Shown here: positions 46,371 to 56,315 of the stretch, in pieces
How positions within the stretch are numbered: position 1 is the stretch's first letter
Layout: each line of letters opens with the position of its first letter
DNA from: Candidatus Latescibacterota bacterium
Lineage (GTDB): Bacteria; Latescibacterota; UBA2968; GCA-2709665
Direction: 5' to 3'
DNA length: 64,000 nt
NCBI GenBank assembly: GCA_965198095.1
Contig: OZ240239.1
Span: forward strand, 1,785,869-1,849,868
Notes under the pieces: model-generated
Told to the model about the DNA's origin: nothing
Databases searched by the model: none
What the model saw: only the letters and a program-made list of their open reading frames with translations
Position numbers and translations under genes: made by a program

Positions 46371-46841
46371 ATGACGCCTCAGGAGATTTTCGATCGATTG
46401 AAGACCAAGTTTGGAGACGCGGCCATCGACCTCGTCGACAACGTGGACCCGTTTATCCGGGTGAGGGCGGAGGCCATCGCGGCGGTCGGCGCGTTCTTGC
46501 GCGACGCCGAGGGGTTGAAGTTTGAATCTCTGATGTGTTTGAGCGGTGTCGATTATCCGGAGCATCTCACCGTCGTCTATCATCTGTGCTCTATGGCGCA
46601 TCGACACAGGATCGTGCTTAAGGTCGACGTTGAGCGGGAAGAGGCTCACGTTCCGACGGTAGAGCACGTATGGCGCGTGGCCAACTGGCACGAGCGGGAG
46701 ACTTACGACATGTTCGGGGTCGTGTTCGATGGGCACAGCGACCTGCGCCGCATTCTCTGTCCGGACGATTGGGAGGGGTTCCCGCTGCGTAAAGACTACG
46801 AGGTCCAGGAGTTCTACCGCGGCATCAAGGTTGAGGTGTAG
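46371..46841 (+). CDS. nuoC: NADH-quinone oxidoreductase subunit C
   Basis: ...LMCLSGVDYPEHLTVVYHL...ANWHERETYDMFGVVFDGHSDLRRIL... Confidence 0.9.
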   Translation: MTPQEIFDRLKTKFGDAAIDLVDNVDPFIRVRAEAIAAVGAFLRDAEGLKFESLMCLSGVDYPEHLTVVYHLCSMAHRHRIVLKVDVEREEAHVPTVEHVWRVANWHERETYDMFGVVFDGHSDLRRILCPDDWEGFPLRKDYEVQEFYRGIKVEV

Positions 46842-46842
46842 G

Positions 46843-48051
46843 ATGGCGGACGTCGAACCCGGCTTGCCGGAGGCAGAGGCCCGAATCGTTGTCGAGCGTC
46901 CCGGGATTCCTCCAACGTTCGATCTGGAGGACGATTCTCTGAAGAGCGACACGATGACGATCAACATGGGGCCTCAGCATCCGAGCACGCACGGCGTGCT
47001 GCGTCTCGAACTCAAGACGGACGGCGAGATCGTCGAAGCGGTGCGGCCGCACATTGGATATCTGCACCGCTGTTTCGAGAAGCACGCCGAGAACCTTCCC
47101 TATCCGCAGGTGATTCCGTTCACGGACCGGATGGATTACCTGGCCTCGATGAACAACAACCTGGGTTACGTGGTTGCGGTCGAGAAGCTCCTCGACCTCA
47201 AGATCCCGGAAAGGGTGGAATATATCCGGATCATCGTGGCCGAGCTGAACAGGATCGCCAGTCATCTGGTCTCGTTCGGCACATATGGCATGGACATCGG
47301 GGCCTTCACGCCGTTTCTGTTCGCGTTCAGGGAGCGGGAAGAGATCTTCGACCTGTTCGAGATGACCTGCGGCGCCCGAATGCTCTACAACTATATCTGG
47401 GTCGGCGGCGTGTCGCACGACCTGCCCAACGGATTCGTCGAACGAACGCGCGCCTTCCTGAGAAAATTCGACGGGAAGATCCAGGAGTACAACGACCTTC
47501 TTTCCCACAACAAGATCTTCGTTGGGCGGACGGCCAACGTGGGCGTGCTTCCCGTCGACAAGGCGTACAGCTACAACATCACGGGTCCGAACCTTCGCGG
47601 GTCGGGGGTGCGCTGGGACCTGCGGCGGGACGACCCCTATTCGATCTACGACCGGTTCGAGTTCGACGTCCCCTGCGGAAAAGGGGAGATGGGCACCGTG
47701 GGAGACTGCTGGGACCGGTACATGGTGCGGATTCGGGAGATGTCGGAAAGCGCCAAGATCGTGAGCGCCGCGCTGGATCAGCTGCCCGAGGGGGACGTGC
47801 ACGCCGCAGTGCCCAAGAACGTGCGCCCCCCGAAAGATGTAGAATGCTATTTCCGAACGGAGAACCCGAGAGGGGAGCTCGGGGTCTACCTGATTAGCGA
47901 CGGGTCGAACGTACCTTATCGGGTTCGGGTGAAGTCTCCCTGTTTTACGGCCATGAGCGTCTTCAACGAGATCAGCCGGGGACACATGATTGCCGATATG
48001 GTGGCCGTTGTTGGGAGTCTGGATATTGTGCTGGGTGAAATCGATCGCTAG
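46843..48051 (+). CDS. nuoD: NADH-quinone oxidoreductase subunit D
   Basis: MTINMGPQHPSTHGVLRLELKTDGEIV...PHIGYLHRCFEK...VKSPCFTAMSVF... ATG 46843. Confidence 0.93.
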   Translation: MADVEPGLPEAEARIVVERPGIPPTFDLEDDSLKSDTMTINMGPQHPSTHGVLRLELKTDGEIVEAVRPHIGYLHRCFEKHAENLPYPQVIPFTDRMDYLASMNNNLGYVVAVEKLLDLKIPERVEYIRIIVAELNRIASHLVSFGTYGMDIGAFTPFLFAFREREEIFDLFEMTCGARMLYNYIWVGGVSHDLPNGFVERTRAFLRKFDGKIQEYNDLLSHNKIFVGRTANVGVLPVDKAYSYNITGPNLRGSGVRWDLRRDDPYSIYDRFEFDVPCGKGEMGTVGDCWDRYMVRIREMSESAKIVSAALDQLPEGDVHAAVPKNVRPPKDVECYFRTENPRGELGVYLISDGSNVPYRVRVKSPCFTAMSVFNEISRGHMIADMVAVVGSLDIVLGEIDR

Positions 48052-48066
48052 CGCCGGAGACTGGGA

Positions 48067-49242
48067 ATGCAGGAGATTGCGAAGGATCTGATCGGTTGGG
48101 CGCCCTTCCTTGAGGGCGTGGAGGTGCTCTGGGTGTCCCTGGCCCTGGGCATCGTGGCGGGCGTGATCATTTTGACCCTCATCGCCGTCCTGGGAATGGT
48201 TCTGGTCTGGCTGGAGCGAAAGGTGTCCGCGCACATGCAGGACCGGCTCGGCCCGATGAGAGTCGGCGGTTGGCACGGCTGGTCTCAAACCCTCGCTGAC
48301 GGGATCAAGCTGCTGCTGAAGGAGGACATCATTCCGGCCGCCGCGGATCGATTCCTGTTCAAGCTGGCCCCCGCAATCGTGTTCGCGGGGGCGTTCGCCA
48401 TCTTCGTGACGATCCCGTTCGGCGAAAAACTGATCGTGAGCGATTTGAACATCGGCGTTTTTTACATTCTCGCCGTCTCTTCTCTGGGCGTGATCGGGAT
48501 TCTGATGGCGGGTTGGGCCTCCAACAACAAGTGGGCGCTGCTGGGCGCCATGCGTTCGGCGGCGCAGGTGGTCAGCTACGAGATCCCCGTTGCGCTCGCC
48601 CTGCTGAGCGTCATTCCCCTGGTGGGATCGCTCAGCATGCAGGAGATCATCGCGGCGCAGGCCGGCGGACTCCAGCACTGGTTTGTCTTCAGAAACCCGT
48701 TTACGTTTCTGGCCTTCTTCCTCTCTTTCGTCGCAACGCTGGCTGAAGTGAATCGGACACCCTTCGACATCCCGGAAGCGGAGTCTGAGCTCGTAGCGGG
48801 ATATCATACGGAATACAGCGGGATGCGATTTTCGTTCTTCTTCATCGCGGAATATGCCGCCATGACGGCGGTCAGCATCGTTGCGGCAACGCTTTTCCTC
48901 GGAGGCTGGCAGGCCCCCTGGGGCGGGTCGTTCCCGGGCGGATTCTTCTGGGTGATGGGGAAGGCGCTCTTCTTGGTTTTCGTCCAGATGTGGCTTCGTT
49001 GGACCCTGCCCCGACTTCGGGTGGATCAGTTGATGTACGTCGGGTGGAAGGTGCTCACGCCGGCGGCCTTCCTCTGTATGGTCGGATCGGTCGTCTGGGC
49101 CTTCGCTGCCCCGGAATGGCTGAAGTTTGCAGGCTCGACGGTCTTGATGCTGTTGATGGCGGCGCTGCTGCTTCTCCTGTTCCGCTCCGCGTCCCGGGGG
49201 CTTATGGAAGGGCGACACCAGCAGACGGAGATGGCTCGGTAG
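48067..49242 (+). CDS. nuoH: NADH-quinone oxidoreductase subunit H
   Basis: ...[42 protein letters not shown]...[27 protein letters not shown]... Confidence 0.93.
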   Translation: MQEIAKDLIGWAPFLEGVEVLWVSLALGIVAGVIILTLIAVLGMVLVWLERKVSAHMQDRLGPMRVGGWHGWSQTLADGIKLLLKEDIIPAAADRFLFKLAPAIVFAGAFAIFVTIPFGEKLIVSDLNIGVFYILAVSSLGVIGILMAGWASNNKWALLGAMRSAAQVVSYEIPVALALLSVIPLVGSLSMQEIIAAQAGGLQHWFVFRNPFTFLAFFLSFVATLAEVNRTPFDIPEAESELVAGYHTEYSGMRFSFFFIAEYAAMTAVSIVAATLFLGGWQAPWGGSFPGGFFWVMGKALFLVFVQMWLRWTLPRLRVDQLMYVGWKVLTPAAFLCMVGSVVWAFAAPEWLKFAGSTVLMLLMAALLLLLFRSASRGLMEGRHQQTEMAR

Positions 49243-49257
49243 CGAGAGGGGACGTTT

Positions 49258-49752
49258 ATGGGTCGGTATTTCAGGAACATCTACGATTCCGTTTTCTCGA
49301 TCTGGATCGGGATGAACGTGACGCTGAAGCACCTGTTCACGCCCTCCGTCACGCTGCAGTACCCGGAAGAGAAGTGGGAAATGCCCGAACGGACCCGCAA
49401 CCAGCTTTTCAACGACATGGACGACTGCATCGGGTGTGACCAGTGTGCGCGCGCCTGTCCGGTGGACTGCATCTACATCGAAACGGAAAAGGCAGGGCCG
49501 AACGAAGACCTGGGATTGACTTCCAAGGGAACGAAGAAGCGCCTGAAGCTGCTCAGGTTCGACATCGACATGGGGCTCTGCTGTTACTGCGGTCTCTGCA
49601 CCTATCCCTGCCCGACCGAATGCCTGGTGATGACGCCGAATTATGAAGCCTCGGTCTATGACCGTACAGACCTGATCTACCGGTACGCCCGCCCGGAGGA
49701 CTACGAAAAAATGCCCCAGAAGGAAGCGACTCCACGGAAGGTGACGGCCTGA
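49258..49752 (+). CDS. nuoI: NADH-quinone oxidoreductase subunit I (2x[4Fe-4S])
   Basis: CIGCDQCARACPVDCI...CCYCGLCTYPCPTECL. Confidence 0.92.
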   Translation: MGRYFRNIYDSVFSIWIGMNVTLKHLFTPSVTLQYPEEKWEMPERTRNQLFNDMDDCIGCDQCARACPVDCIYIETEKAGPNEDLGLTSKGTKKRLKLLRFDIDMGLCCYCGLCTYPCPTECLVMTPNYEASVYDRTDLIYRYARPEDYEKMPQKEATPRKVTA

Positions 49753-49759
49753 GCAGCCT

Positions 49760-50269
49760 ATGGAGCTTTCGACCTACGTCTTCTACATCTTCGCCGCCAT
49801 CACCGTCGGTTCCGCCTCCCTGGTCGTCTTCGCCAATCGTCTGATTTATGCCGTATTCGCCCTGCTCTTCACCTTTTTTGGGGTGGCAGGGCTTTACATT
49901 TTTCTGGATGCGGAGTTCCTCGCTGCCGCTCAAGTCCTGATCTACGTCGGGGGCATCCTCATCCTGCTTCTCTTCGGCGTGATGCTGACCCATCGGATCT
50001 ACGACCTCAGGCTGCTGGCTGAACGGGTGCAGTTCGTCCCGAGCCTGGTCGTCGTGGGCGCCGGATTTGCCCTGCTGGTTGCCGTCATTTACGACACCCC
50101 GTGGCCGACAACGGCCGCTGAACGGTCCGCCGGGACGACGACCGAGATCGGAAGGCTCCTGATGACCGATTACCTTCTGCCGTTTGAGGTCGTATCGGTC
50201 CTGCTTCTGGCGGCCCTCATCGGGGCGGTGGTGCTGGCCAGCAGAGAAGACGAAGAAGGTGAGCAGTGA
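49760..50269 (+). CDS. nuoJ: NADH-quinone oxidoreductase subunit J
   Basis: Five hydrophobic helices. ...AEFLAAAQVLIYVGGILILLLFGVML... Positioned between nuoI and nuoK. Confidence 0.85.
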   Translation: MELSTYVFYIFAAITVGSASLVVFANRLIYAVFALLFTFFGVAGLYIFLDAEFLAAAQVLIYVGGILILLLFGVMLTHRIYDLRLLAERVQFVPSLVVVGAGFALLVAVIYDTPWPTTAAERSAGTTTEIGRLLMTDYLLPFEVVSVLLLAALIGAVVLASREDEEGEQ

Positions 50270-50574
50270 TGATCGGGCTGGAGCACTACCTCGTCGTGGG
50301 CGCGATGCTCTTTTGCCTGGGCATCCTTGCCGTCGTCACCCGGCGAAACGCCATTGCCGTGCTGATGGGCGTGGAGTTGATCCTGAACGCCGCGAACGTA
50401 AACCTGGTCGCCTTTTCCCGTTTCTCGGATTCCGGGATCGATGGTCAGGTCTTCGCCATCTTCGTGATTATTCTGGCGGCCGCCGAGGCGGCCGTCGCCC
50501 TGGCCATCGTGCTGAACATCTACAGAAACTATGAGATGGTGAGTGTCGACCGTCTGAATTCACTGAGCGGTTGA
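50266..50574 (+). CDS. nuoK: NADH-quinone oxidoreductase subunit K
   Basis: ...LGILAVVTRRNAIAVLMGVELILNAANVNLVAFS...FVIILAAAEAAVALAIVL... Confidence 0.9.
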   Translation: MMIGLEHYLVVGAMLFCLGILAVVTRRNAIAVLMGVELILNAANVNLVAFSRFSDSGIDGQVFAIFVIILAAAEAAVALAIVLNIYRNYEMVSVDRLNSLSG

Positions 50575-50581
50575 GGGGAGC

Positions 50582-52630
50582 ATGCTTCCATACACCGTGC
50601 TTATTCCGGCTGTGCCGCTTGCCGCCTTTGTGATTCAGGTCTTCTTCGGACGGAGGCTGCCTCGCGGCGGGGACTGGGTGTCGCTTTCCGCCATCGTTCT
50701 CGCCTTTTGTCTTTCCGTGCCGGTTTTCTTTCTGGCCCTATCCGCTTCTGATCCCGACTTCAGGATTCCGTTCGACCGCTGGACGTGGCTGGATCTGGGT
50801 ACGACCCAAATTGCGATCGGCCTGCTCGTCGACAACATCACGGCGATCATGTTGATGGTGGTGACCCTCGTGAGCGGGCTCGTGCATTTCTACTCGGTCG
50901 GCTATATGCAAGGAGATCCGAGATACGCTCGATTCTTCGGGTTTCTCTCCCTGTTTTCCTTCTCGATGCTCGGCCTTGTGCTTTGTGACAACTTTCTCTT
51001 GCTGTATGTGTTCTGGGAGCTGGTCGGGTTGAGTTCCTATCTGCTGATCGGTTTCTGGTATGAAAAGCCATCTGCCGCCGCCGCCTGCAAGAAGGCCTTT
51101 CTGGTCAACAGGGTTGGCGACCTGGGCTTCTTCATCGGTATTCTGATCCTGTTCTGGAAACTGGGCGTGCTGCACTTCGATGGCGTCTTCGAAGGCATCG
51201 CTCAGGGCAAAGTCGGGGGCCCGCTTCTGACCGCGGCCGGGCTTTGCCTGTTCTGCGGGGCGGTCGGAAAATCGGCCCAGTTTCCACTGCACGTCTGGCT
51301 GCCCGACGCGATGGAGGGCCCGACGCCGGTAAGCGCCTTGATCCACGCGGCCACGATGGTCGCCGCCGGCGTCTATATGGTCACCCGCATGTTCCCGATC
51401 TTGACGCCCGATGCCCTCCTGGTCATCGCCTATATCGGCGCGATCACGGCGATGCTGGGCGCCACGATTGCCGTGGCGCAGTATGACATCAAGCGGGTGC
51501 TGGCTTACTCGACGGTGAGCCAGCTTGGATACATGATCATGAGCTTGGGCGTGGGGGCCTACGTGGCCGGCTTCTTCCATTTGATGACCCACGCCGCGTT
51601 CAAGGCCTGTCTCTTCCTCGGCTCGGGGAGCGTGATCCACGCCATGCATCACGCCTTCCACCAAACCGGCTCGCACGAGGATCCACAGGATATGCGGAAC
51701 ATGGGGGGGCTGAAGGCCCGCATGCCGATCACCTTCTGGACCTTTACGATCGCCACGCTCGCACTGGCGGGCGTTCCGTTCACCTCCGGATTTTTGAGCA
51801 AAGACGCCATTCTGGCCGGGGCGCTGGGGTTTGGGCTTTTCGATCATCCCACGCATCTCCTGATCCCGATTTTCGGTTTCGGGGCGGCCGGTCTGACCGC
51901 CTTCTACATGTTTCGTCTGATTTTCATGACGTTCTACGGGACGGCCAAGGATCGAAAGGTGGCGGAGCTGGCTCACGAGTCGCCGAGGGTGATGACAGGT
52001 CCCCTCGTCGTGTTGGCGGCCCTGAGCCTCTGGTTTTGGTACAGCCCGAGTCCGATCGGCGAGGGTTGGTTCCACACGCTGGTTCAACAGCCTCAGAGCA
52101 TCGCGACGCCGGAATCGCCTCCCGCGGCGTCGGCGGACGCGGAAGCGCACGCCAACGCCGCGCACCGGGCGCACTATCCAGCCATGGCCCTGTCGATCCT
52201 GATCGCCGGTGCGGGCATCGTCCTGGCCTACCGCCGCTACTACGGCCGTCAGTCCGAGATGATCGCGTGGGAAGAGACCCAAATCGGCCGCAACAAGCTG
52301 TTCCGGGCGCTTCACAACAAGTGGTATTTCGATGAAATTTACGACGCGACCGTCATCCGGGCGACCCTGGGCATCCGGAAGGCGCTCGACTGGTTCGATA
52401 AACGGGTGATCGACGGGCTTGTGAACGGGGCCGCCACGGTCACGAGAGGCATATCGTTTTGGGAGGGCCTGTTCGACGCCTGGGTCGTGGACGGCGCCGT
52501 GAATCTCGTGGGTCGCATCATTACCTGGGCCGGGGCCGGATTGCGGCGAATTCAGACAGGCCGGCTGCAGACCTACGTCGTGCTCGCGATGGCCGGGATC
52601 CTGGTGATCATGGTCATCCGAATCATCTGA
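50582..52630 (+). CDS. nuoL: NADH-quinone oxidoreductase subunit L
   Basis: ...FWELVGLSSYLLIGFWYEKPSAAAACKKAF...GKSAQFPLHVWLPDAMEGPTPVSALIHAATMV... Confidence 0.93.
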   Translation: MLPYTVLIPAVPLAAFVIQVFFGRRLPRGGDWVSLSAIVLAFCLSVPVFFLALSASDPDFRIPFDRWTWLDLGTTQIAIGLLVDNITAIMLMVVTLVSGLVHFYSVGYMQGDPRYARFFGFLSLFSFSMLGLVLCDNFLLLYVFWELVGLSSYLLIGFWYEKPSAAAACKKAFLVNRVGDLGFFIGILILFWKLGVLHFDGVFEGIAQGKVGGPLLTAAGLCLFCGAVGKSAQFPLHVWLPDAMEGPTPVSALIHAATMVAAGVYMVTRMFPILTPDALLVIAYIGAITAMLGATIAVAQYDIKRVLAYSTVSQLGYMIMSLGVGAYVAGFFHLMTHAAFKACLFLGSGSVIHAMHHAFHQTGSHEDPQDMRNMGGLKARMPITFWTFTIATLALAGVPFTSGFLSKDAILAGALGFGLFDHPTHLLIPIFGFGAAGLTAFYMFRLIFMTFYGTAKDRKVAELAHESPRVMTGPLVVLAALSLWFWYSPSPIGEGWFHTLVQQPQSIATPESPPAASADAEAHANAAHRAHYPAMALSILIAGAGIVLAYRRYYGRQSEMIAWEETQIGRNKLFRALHNKWYFDEIYDATVIRATLGIRKALDWFDKRVIDGLVNGAATVTRGISFWEGLFDAWVVDGAVNLVGRIITWAGAGLRRIQTGRLQTYVVLAMAGILVIMVIRII

Positions 52631-52683
52631 CGGGAACGCTTCGAATCGTGGATTCTGCACGATCCTGAAGGAGGACGTTGCGG

Positions 52684-54264
52684 ATGGATGTGTGGATCTT
52701 AACGCTCTTGACATTTTTGCCTCTGCTCGGCGCGGGGGCCATTCTGCTCCTGCCGGGCCGGATGTTGAGTCCGATCCGATGGACCTCCCTGGTCACGACG
52801 GCGGTCTGTCTGATTCTGGCGGTCTGGCTGTTTGTGACCTTTGATCGCGCAGAGCCCGGAATGCAGTACCGGGTACAGGTGGCCTGGATCCCTTCCTTCA
52901 ATATCGATTATCACGTGGGAATCGACGGGTTGAGCGTGACGATGGTCCTGCTGACGGCGCTGCTTTCGTTTCTGTGTATACCGGCTTCCTGGGGGGTCGA
53001 CAGGGGCGCGAAAGGCTACTTCGCCCTCTTTCTGCTTCTGGAAACGGGGATGCAGGGCGTGTTTGTCTCGCTCGATTTCTTCCTCTTCTACGTCTTCTGG
53101 GAGGTCATGCTCCTCCCCATGTATTTCCTGATCGGGATATGGGGCGGCCCCAGGAAGGAATACGCGGCCATCAAATTCTTCCTCTACACCCTGTTCGGAA
53201 GTATGCTGCTCCTGCTCGCGATGCTGGCTTTCTATTTCAACGTCACCGATCCGGAGACGGGCAGACACACGTTTAACATGCTCGTGATGATGGAGCAGGC
53301 GAACCACTCCGAGTGGCTCCGCGCCGGGATTGTTTTCGGACAGTCCGCACCCGTCATGGTCTGGATGGCGATGTTCGTCGCGTTCGCGATCAAGATTCCG
53401 ATGTTCCCGTTTCACACCTGGCTGCCCGATGCGCACGTGGAGGCCCCCACCCCCATCAGCGTCATCCTGGCCGGCGTGCTCCTGAAGATGGGCGCCTACG
53501 GGATCCTTCGGTTCAACTATCCGATGCTTCCGGAGACGACGACGGAACAATGGGTGAGCACGATGATCGCCGTATTCGGGGTGATCAACATCATCTACGG
53601 GGCACTGGTCGCGATGGCGCAGCGAGACCTGAAGAGCTTGATCGCCTATTCGAGCATCAGCCACATGGGGTTTGTGATGCTCGGGATGTCGGCGTTCACG
53701 CCGCACGGAATCAACGGCGCCGTGTTCCAGATGTTCAACCACGGGACGATCACGGCCATGCTCTTCCTGTTGGTTGGCGTGATCTACGATCGGGCACATC
53801 ACCGCTACATCGTCTTTCCAAGGGACTATGCGGATCCGGAGCTCCGCGGTGAGCTGGGATTCGGGGGGCTCTGGTCGCACATGCCGATCTACGGAAGCAT
53901 CACGATGCTTGCCTATTTTGCAGCGCTGGGCCTGCCGGGGCTCTCCGGGTTCATCAGTGAGGCGCTCTGTTTCCTGGGGGCGTTCCAGGTCCACAGGACA
54001 CTCACGATTCTGGGGACGCTGGGCGTGCTCCTGGGGGCCGCCTACATGCTCTGGACTTTCCAGCGACTGTTCATGGGGCCGCTCAACGAACGATGCCGTA
54101 GTCTGCCCGAAATCAACGGCCGGGAGATCTTTACCCTGGCGCCCCTCGGGGTGATCGTGGTGCTGCTGGGGTTCTATCCGGCGCCGGTCCTGAACCTGAT
54201 TGGCGCGTCGCTCGGGGAACTCGTGCGGGCGCTGGGCGCCCCGGCATCTCTGGCCGGATTCTAG
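52684..54264 (+). CDS. nuoM: NADH-quinone oxidoreductase subunit M
   Basis: ...FWEVMLLPMYFLIGIWGG...KIPMFPFHTWLPDAHVEAPTPISVILAGVLLKMG... ATG 52684 follows GAAGGAGGA. Confidence 0.93.
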   Translation: MDVWILTLLTFLPLLGAGAILLLPGRMLSPIRWTSLVTTAVCLILAVWLFVTFDRAEPGMQYRVQVAWIPSFNIDYHVGIDGLSVTMVLLTALLSFLCIPASWGVDRGAKGYFALFLLLETGMQGVFVSLDFFLFYVFWEVMLLPMYFLIGIWGGPRKEYAAIKFFLYTLFGSMLLLLAMLAFYFNVTDPETGRHTFNMLVMMEQANHSEWLRAGIVFGQSAPVMVWMAMFVAFAIKIPMFPFHTWLPDAHVEAPTPISVILAGVLLKMGAYGILRFNYPMLPETTTEQWVSTMIAVFGVINIIYGALVAMAQRDLKSLIAYSSISHMGFVMLGMSAFTPHGINGAVFQMFNHGTITAMLFLLVGVIYDRAHHRYIVFPRDYADPELRGELGFGGLWSHMPIYGSITMLAYFAALGLPGLSGFISEALCFLGAFQVHRTLTILGTLGVLLGAAYMLWTFQRLFMGPLNERCRSLPEINGREIFTLAPLGVIVVLLGFYPAPVLNLIGASLGELVRALGAPASLAGF

Positions 54265-54276
54265 CGTAACGGAGGC

Positions 54277-55803
54277 TTGGGTCTGTTGGCCAATGTTATC
54301 GAAAACGCGGTTGCCGTCAACTTGAGCAGCCTCTCGTATATCTGGCCTGAAGTGATTCTGACGGCGGCGATCATGATCATCGTGGTCGTTGACCTGATCG
54401 CCAAGGGCAAAAAGAAGGGGCTCATGACGGGGATGACGCTGGCGGCGCTCGTGATTTGCCTGATTGCCGTGGTCGATCTCTATGACGAAGCGCCGCGATC
54501 CCTGTTTCTGGGCATGGCCGCACTGGACGGGTTCGCCCTTTTTTTCAAGGTGCTTTTCGTGGCCACGACGATCCTCGTCGTCCTCTTCGGGCTTCAGTCG
54601 CCCGATGTCGGGGAGGCGCACATCGGAGAATTTTTCGCCATACTTCTTTCGGTCGTGTTGGGCGGGTTCTTCATGGCGTCGTCGACCAACCTGTTGATGA
54701 TGTACCTTTCTCTGGAGCTCGTGAGCCTGCCCTCCTTCATCCTCGTGGGCTACCAGAAGCGGGTGCAGCGCTCGAATGAGGCGGCGCTCAAGTACGTTGT
54801 CTACGGCGGGGTCTCTTCCGGGATCATGCTGTTCGGATTCTCTTTGATCTACGGCCTGACAGGTACGCTGGATATCTACGAGATCGCCTCCGTCTTGGCC
54901 GCCTCTCCGCCTTACGGCTTGACGCTTTTTCTGGGTGCCGCGCTGGCCATGGCCGGATTCGGCTACAAAGTGGCTTCCGTGCCGTTCCACTTCTGGTGTC
55001 CGGATGTCTACGAAGGGGCCCCCACCCCGGTCACCGCTTTTCTTTCCGTCGCGCCGAAGGCGGCCGGCTTCGCGCTGCTGGCCAGGTTCTTCTATCTGGG
55101 GTTGTCGGAGTATGACGGCACATCCGGGACCGTCATTGGCATCGCGTGGCCTCAGCTCCTCGCCGTCATCTCGGCCTGCACGATGACCCTGGGCAATCTG
55201 ACGGCCATCTGGCAGCGCAACCTGAAGCGCCTGCTGGCCTACTCGAGCATCGCGCACGCAGGCTACATGATGATGGGGATCGCGATGCTCTCGGCGTCCG
55301 GTCTCAAGGCGGTGATGTTCTATACGGCCGCCTACCTCTTCATGAACCTGGGGGCCTTTCTGGTCGTGCTGGTGCTGGCCGTCCGGATCGGGAGCGAAGA
55401 GATCCAGGACTACAACGGGCTGGGGTGGCGTTCTCCGTGGGTCGCGCTGGCCATGACGGCCTTTCTCTTTTCCCTGACCGGCTTGCCGCCTACGGCGGGG
55501 TTCGTCGGAAAGGTCTATCTCTTTGCGTCCGTGATCGATGGGGGTCTTTACTGGTTGGCGGTGGTGGGCGTGTTGAACAGCGCTGTCTCGCTTTATTACT
55601 ATGCCCGAATCGTCAAGGCGATGTACCTGGAACGCCCACTCTCGGACACCCGCGTGATCCTTCCGCGCTTTTCGGTCGGGATGCTCGCCTTTCTGTTCGC
55701 CGGAACGCTTCTGTTGGGGGTCTACTGGGCCCCGCTCGCAGATCTGGCCGAGCGTTCCACTGAACTGTTTCAAGCGCGGGCCGTTCGCGTGGTAACAGAA
55801 TAG
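54277..55803 (+). CDS. nuoN: NADH-quinone oxidoreductase subunit N
   Basis: ...LSLELVSLPSFILVG...KVASVPFHFWCPDVYEGAPTPVTAFLSVAPK... The start (TTG 54277 or TTG 54286) is uncertain. Confidence 0.9.
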   Translation: MGLLANVIENAVAVNLSSLSYIWPEVILTAAIMIIVVVDLIAKGKKKGLMTGMTLAALVICLIAVVDLYDEAPRSLFLGMAALDGFALFFKVLFVATTILVVLFGLQSPDVGEAHIGEFFAILLSVVLGGFFMASSTNLLMMYLSLELVSLPSFILVGYQKRVQRSNEAALKYVVYGGVSSGIMLFGFSLIYGLTGTLDIYEIASVLAASPPYGLTLFLGAALAMAGFGYKVASVPFHFWCPDVYEGAPTPVTAFLSVAPKAAGFALLARFFYLGLSEYDGTSGTVIGIAWPQLLAVISACTMTLGNLTAIWQRNLKRLLAYSSIAHAGYMMMGIAMLSASGLKAVMFYTAAYLFMNLGAFLVVLVLAVRIGSEEIQDYNGLGWRSPWVALAMTAFLFSLTGLPPTAGFVGKVYLFASVIDGGLYWLAVVGVLNSAVSLYYYARIVKAMYLERPLSDTRVILPRFSVGMLAFLFAGTLLLGVYWAPLADLAERSTELFQARAVRVVTE

Positions 55804-55823
55804 CTGGACGCGGCAGCGCACGG

Positions 55824-55859
55824 AAAAGGCCCCGCGGGCTTCCGTCCGCGGGGCCTTTT
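55824..55859. terminator. Bidirectional rho-independent terminator between nuoN and the convergent PqqD-like gene
   Basis: AAAAGGCCCCGCGG-gcttccgt-CCGCGGGGCCTTTT: perfect 10-bp GC stem flanked by an A4 run on one side and a T4 run on the other. Confidence 0.8.
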
Positions 55860-55880
55860 CGCAGTCAACCCGGAGACTCC

Positions 55881-56303
55881 CTATCCCCAGGCCTTTCCGC
55901 TCGGATTCCGGCGGCGCTTCTTCTTACGGGGAAGGTCTCCTTTCTCCACGATGAACCCGACCAGGCGCTTCTGTGCCAGCTTCTTCAGGTAGGCCAACAG
56001 CGAGATTTCGGCCTCCTTCTCGTTGATCTTGTGGTTCCGGCTGAGTCGTCGGATCATCGCTTCCACGGTCGTGCGGCCGTCACACATCTCCCAGACCTGC
56101 GTTCCAATCTGGTCCAGGATGAGAGTTCTCTGCTTCGGGATCCAGAAGATTTTCGAAAGGATCCGAACCTTCCAGTTGTCCCCCCGTTTCATGGTGATGC
56201 TCGCCTCACCGTCTTCGGTCTTTTCCCACTCCAGAAGGTCGTTTCGGGTCGGCTTGGAGCCGAACATCGCCTCGCGGCTGATCTTGGGTTGTCCTCTGAG
56301 CAT
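55881..56303 (-). CDS. PqqD family (RRE-type peptide-binding) protein with an N-terminal extension and a basic tail
   Basis: LILDQIGTQVWEMCDGRTTVEAMIRRLSRNHKINEKEAEISLLAYLKKLAQKRLVGF matches the PqqD pattern (LNxxgxxIWelcDGxxTvxEiixxL...dvxxFLxxLxxxgLi). Confidence 0.65.
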   Translation of the reverse strand: MLRGQPKISREAMFGSKPTRNDLLEWEKTEDGEASITMKRGDNWKVRILSKIFWIPKQRTLILDQIGTQVWEMCDGRTTVEAMIRRLSRNHKINEKEAEISLLAYLKKLAQKRLVGFIVEKGDLPRKKKRRRNPSGKAWG

Positions 56304-56315
56304 GGAGTGCCTGGT

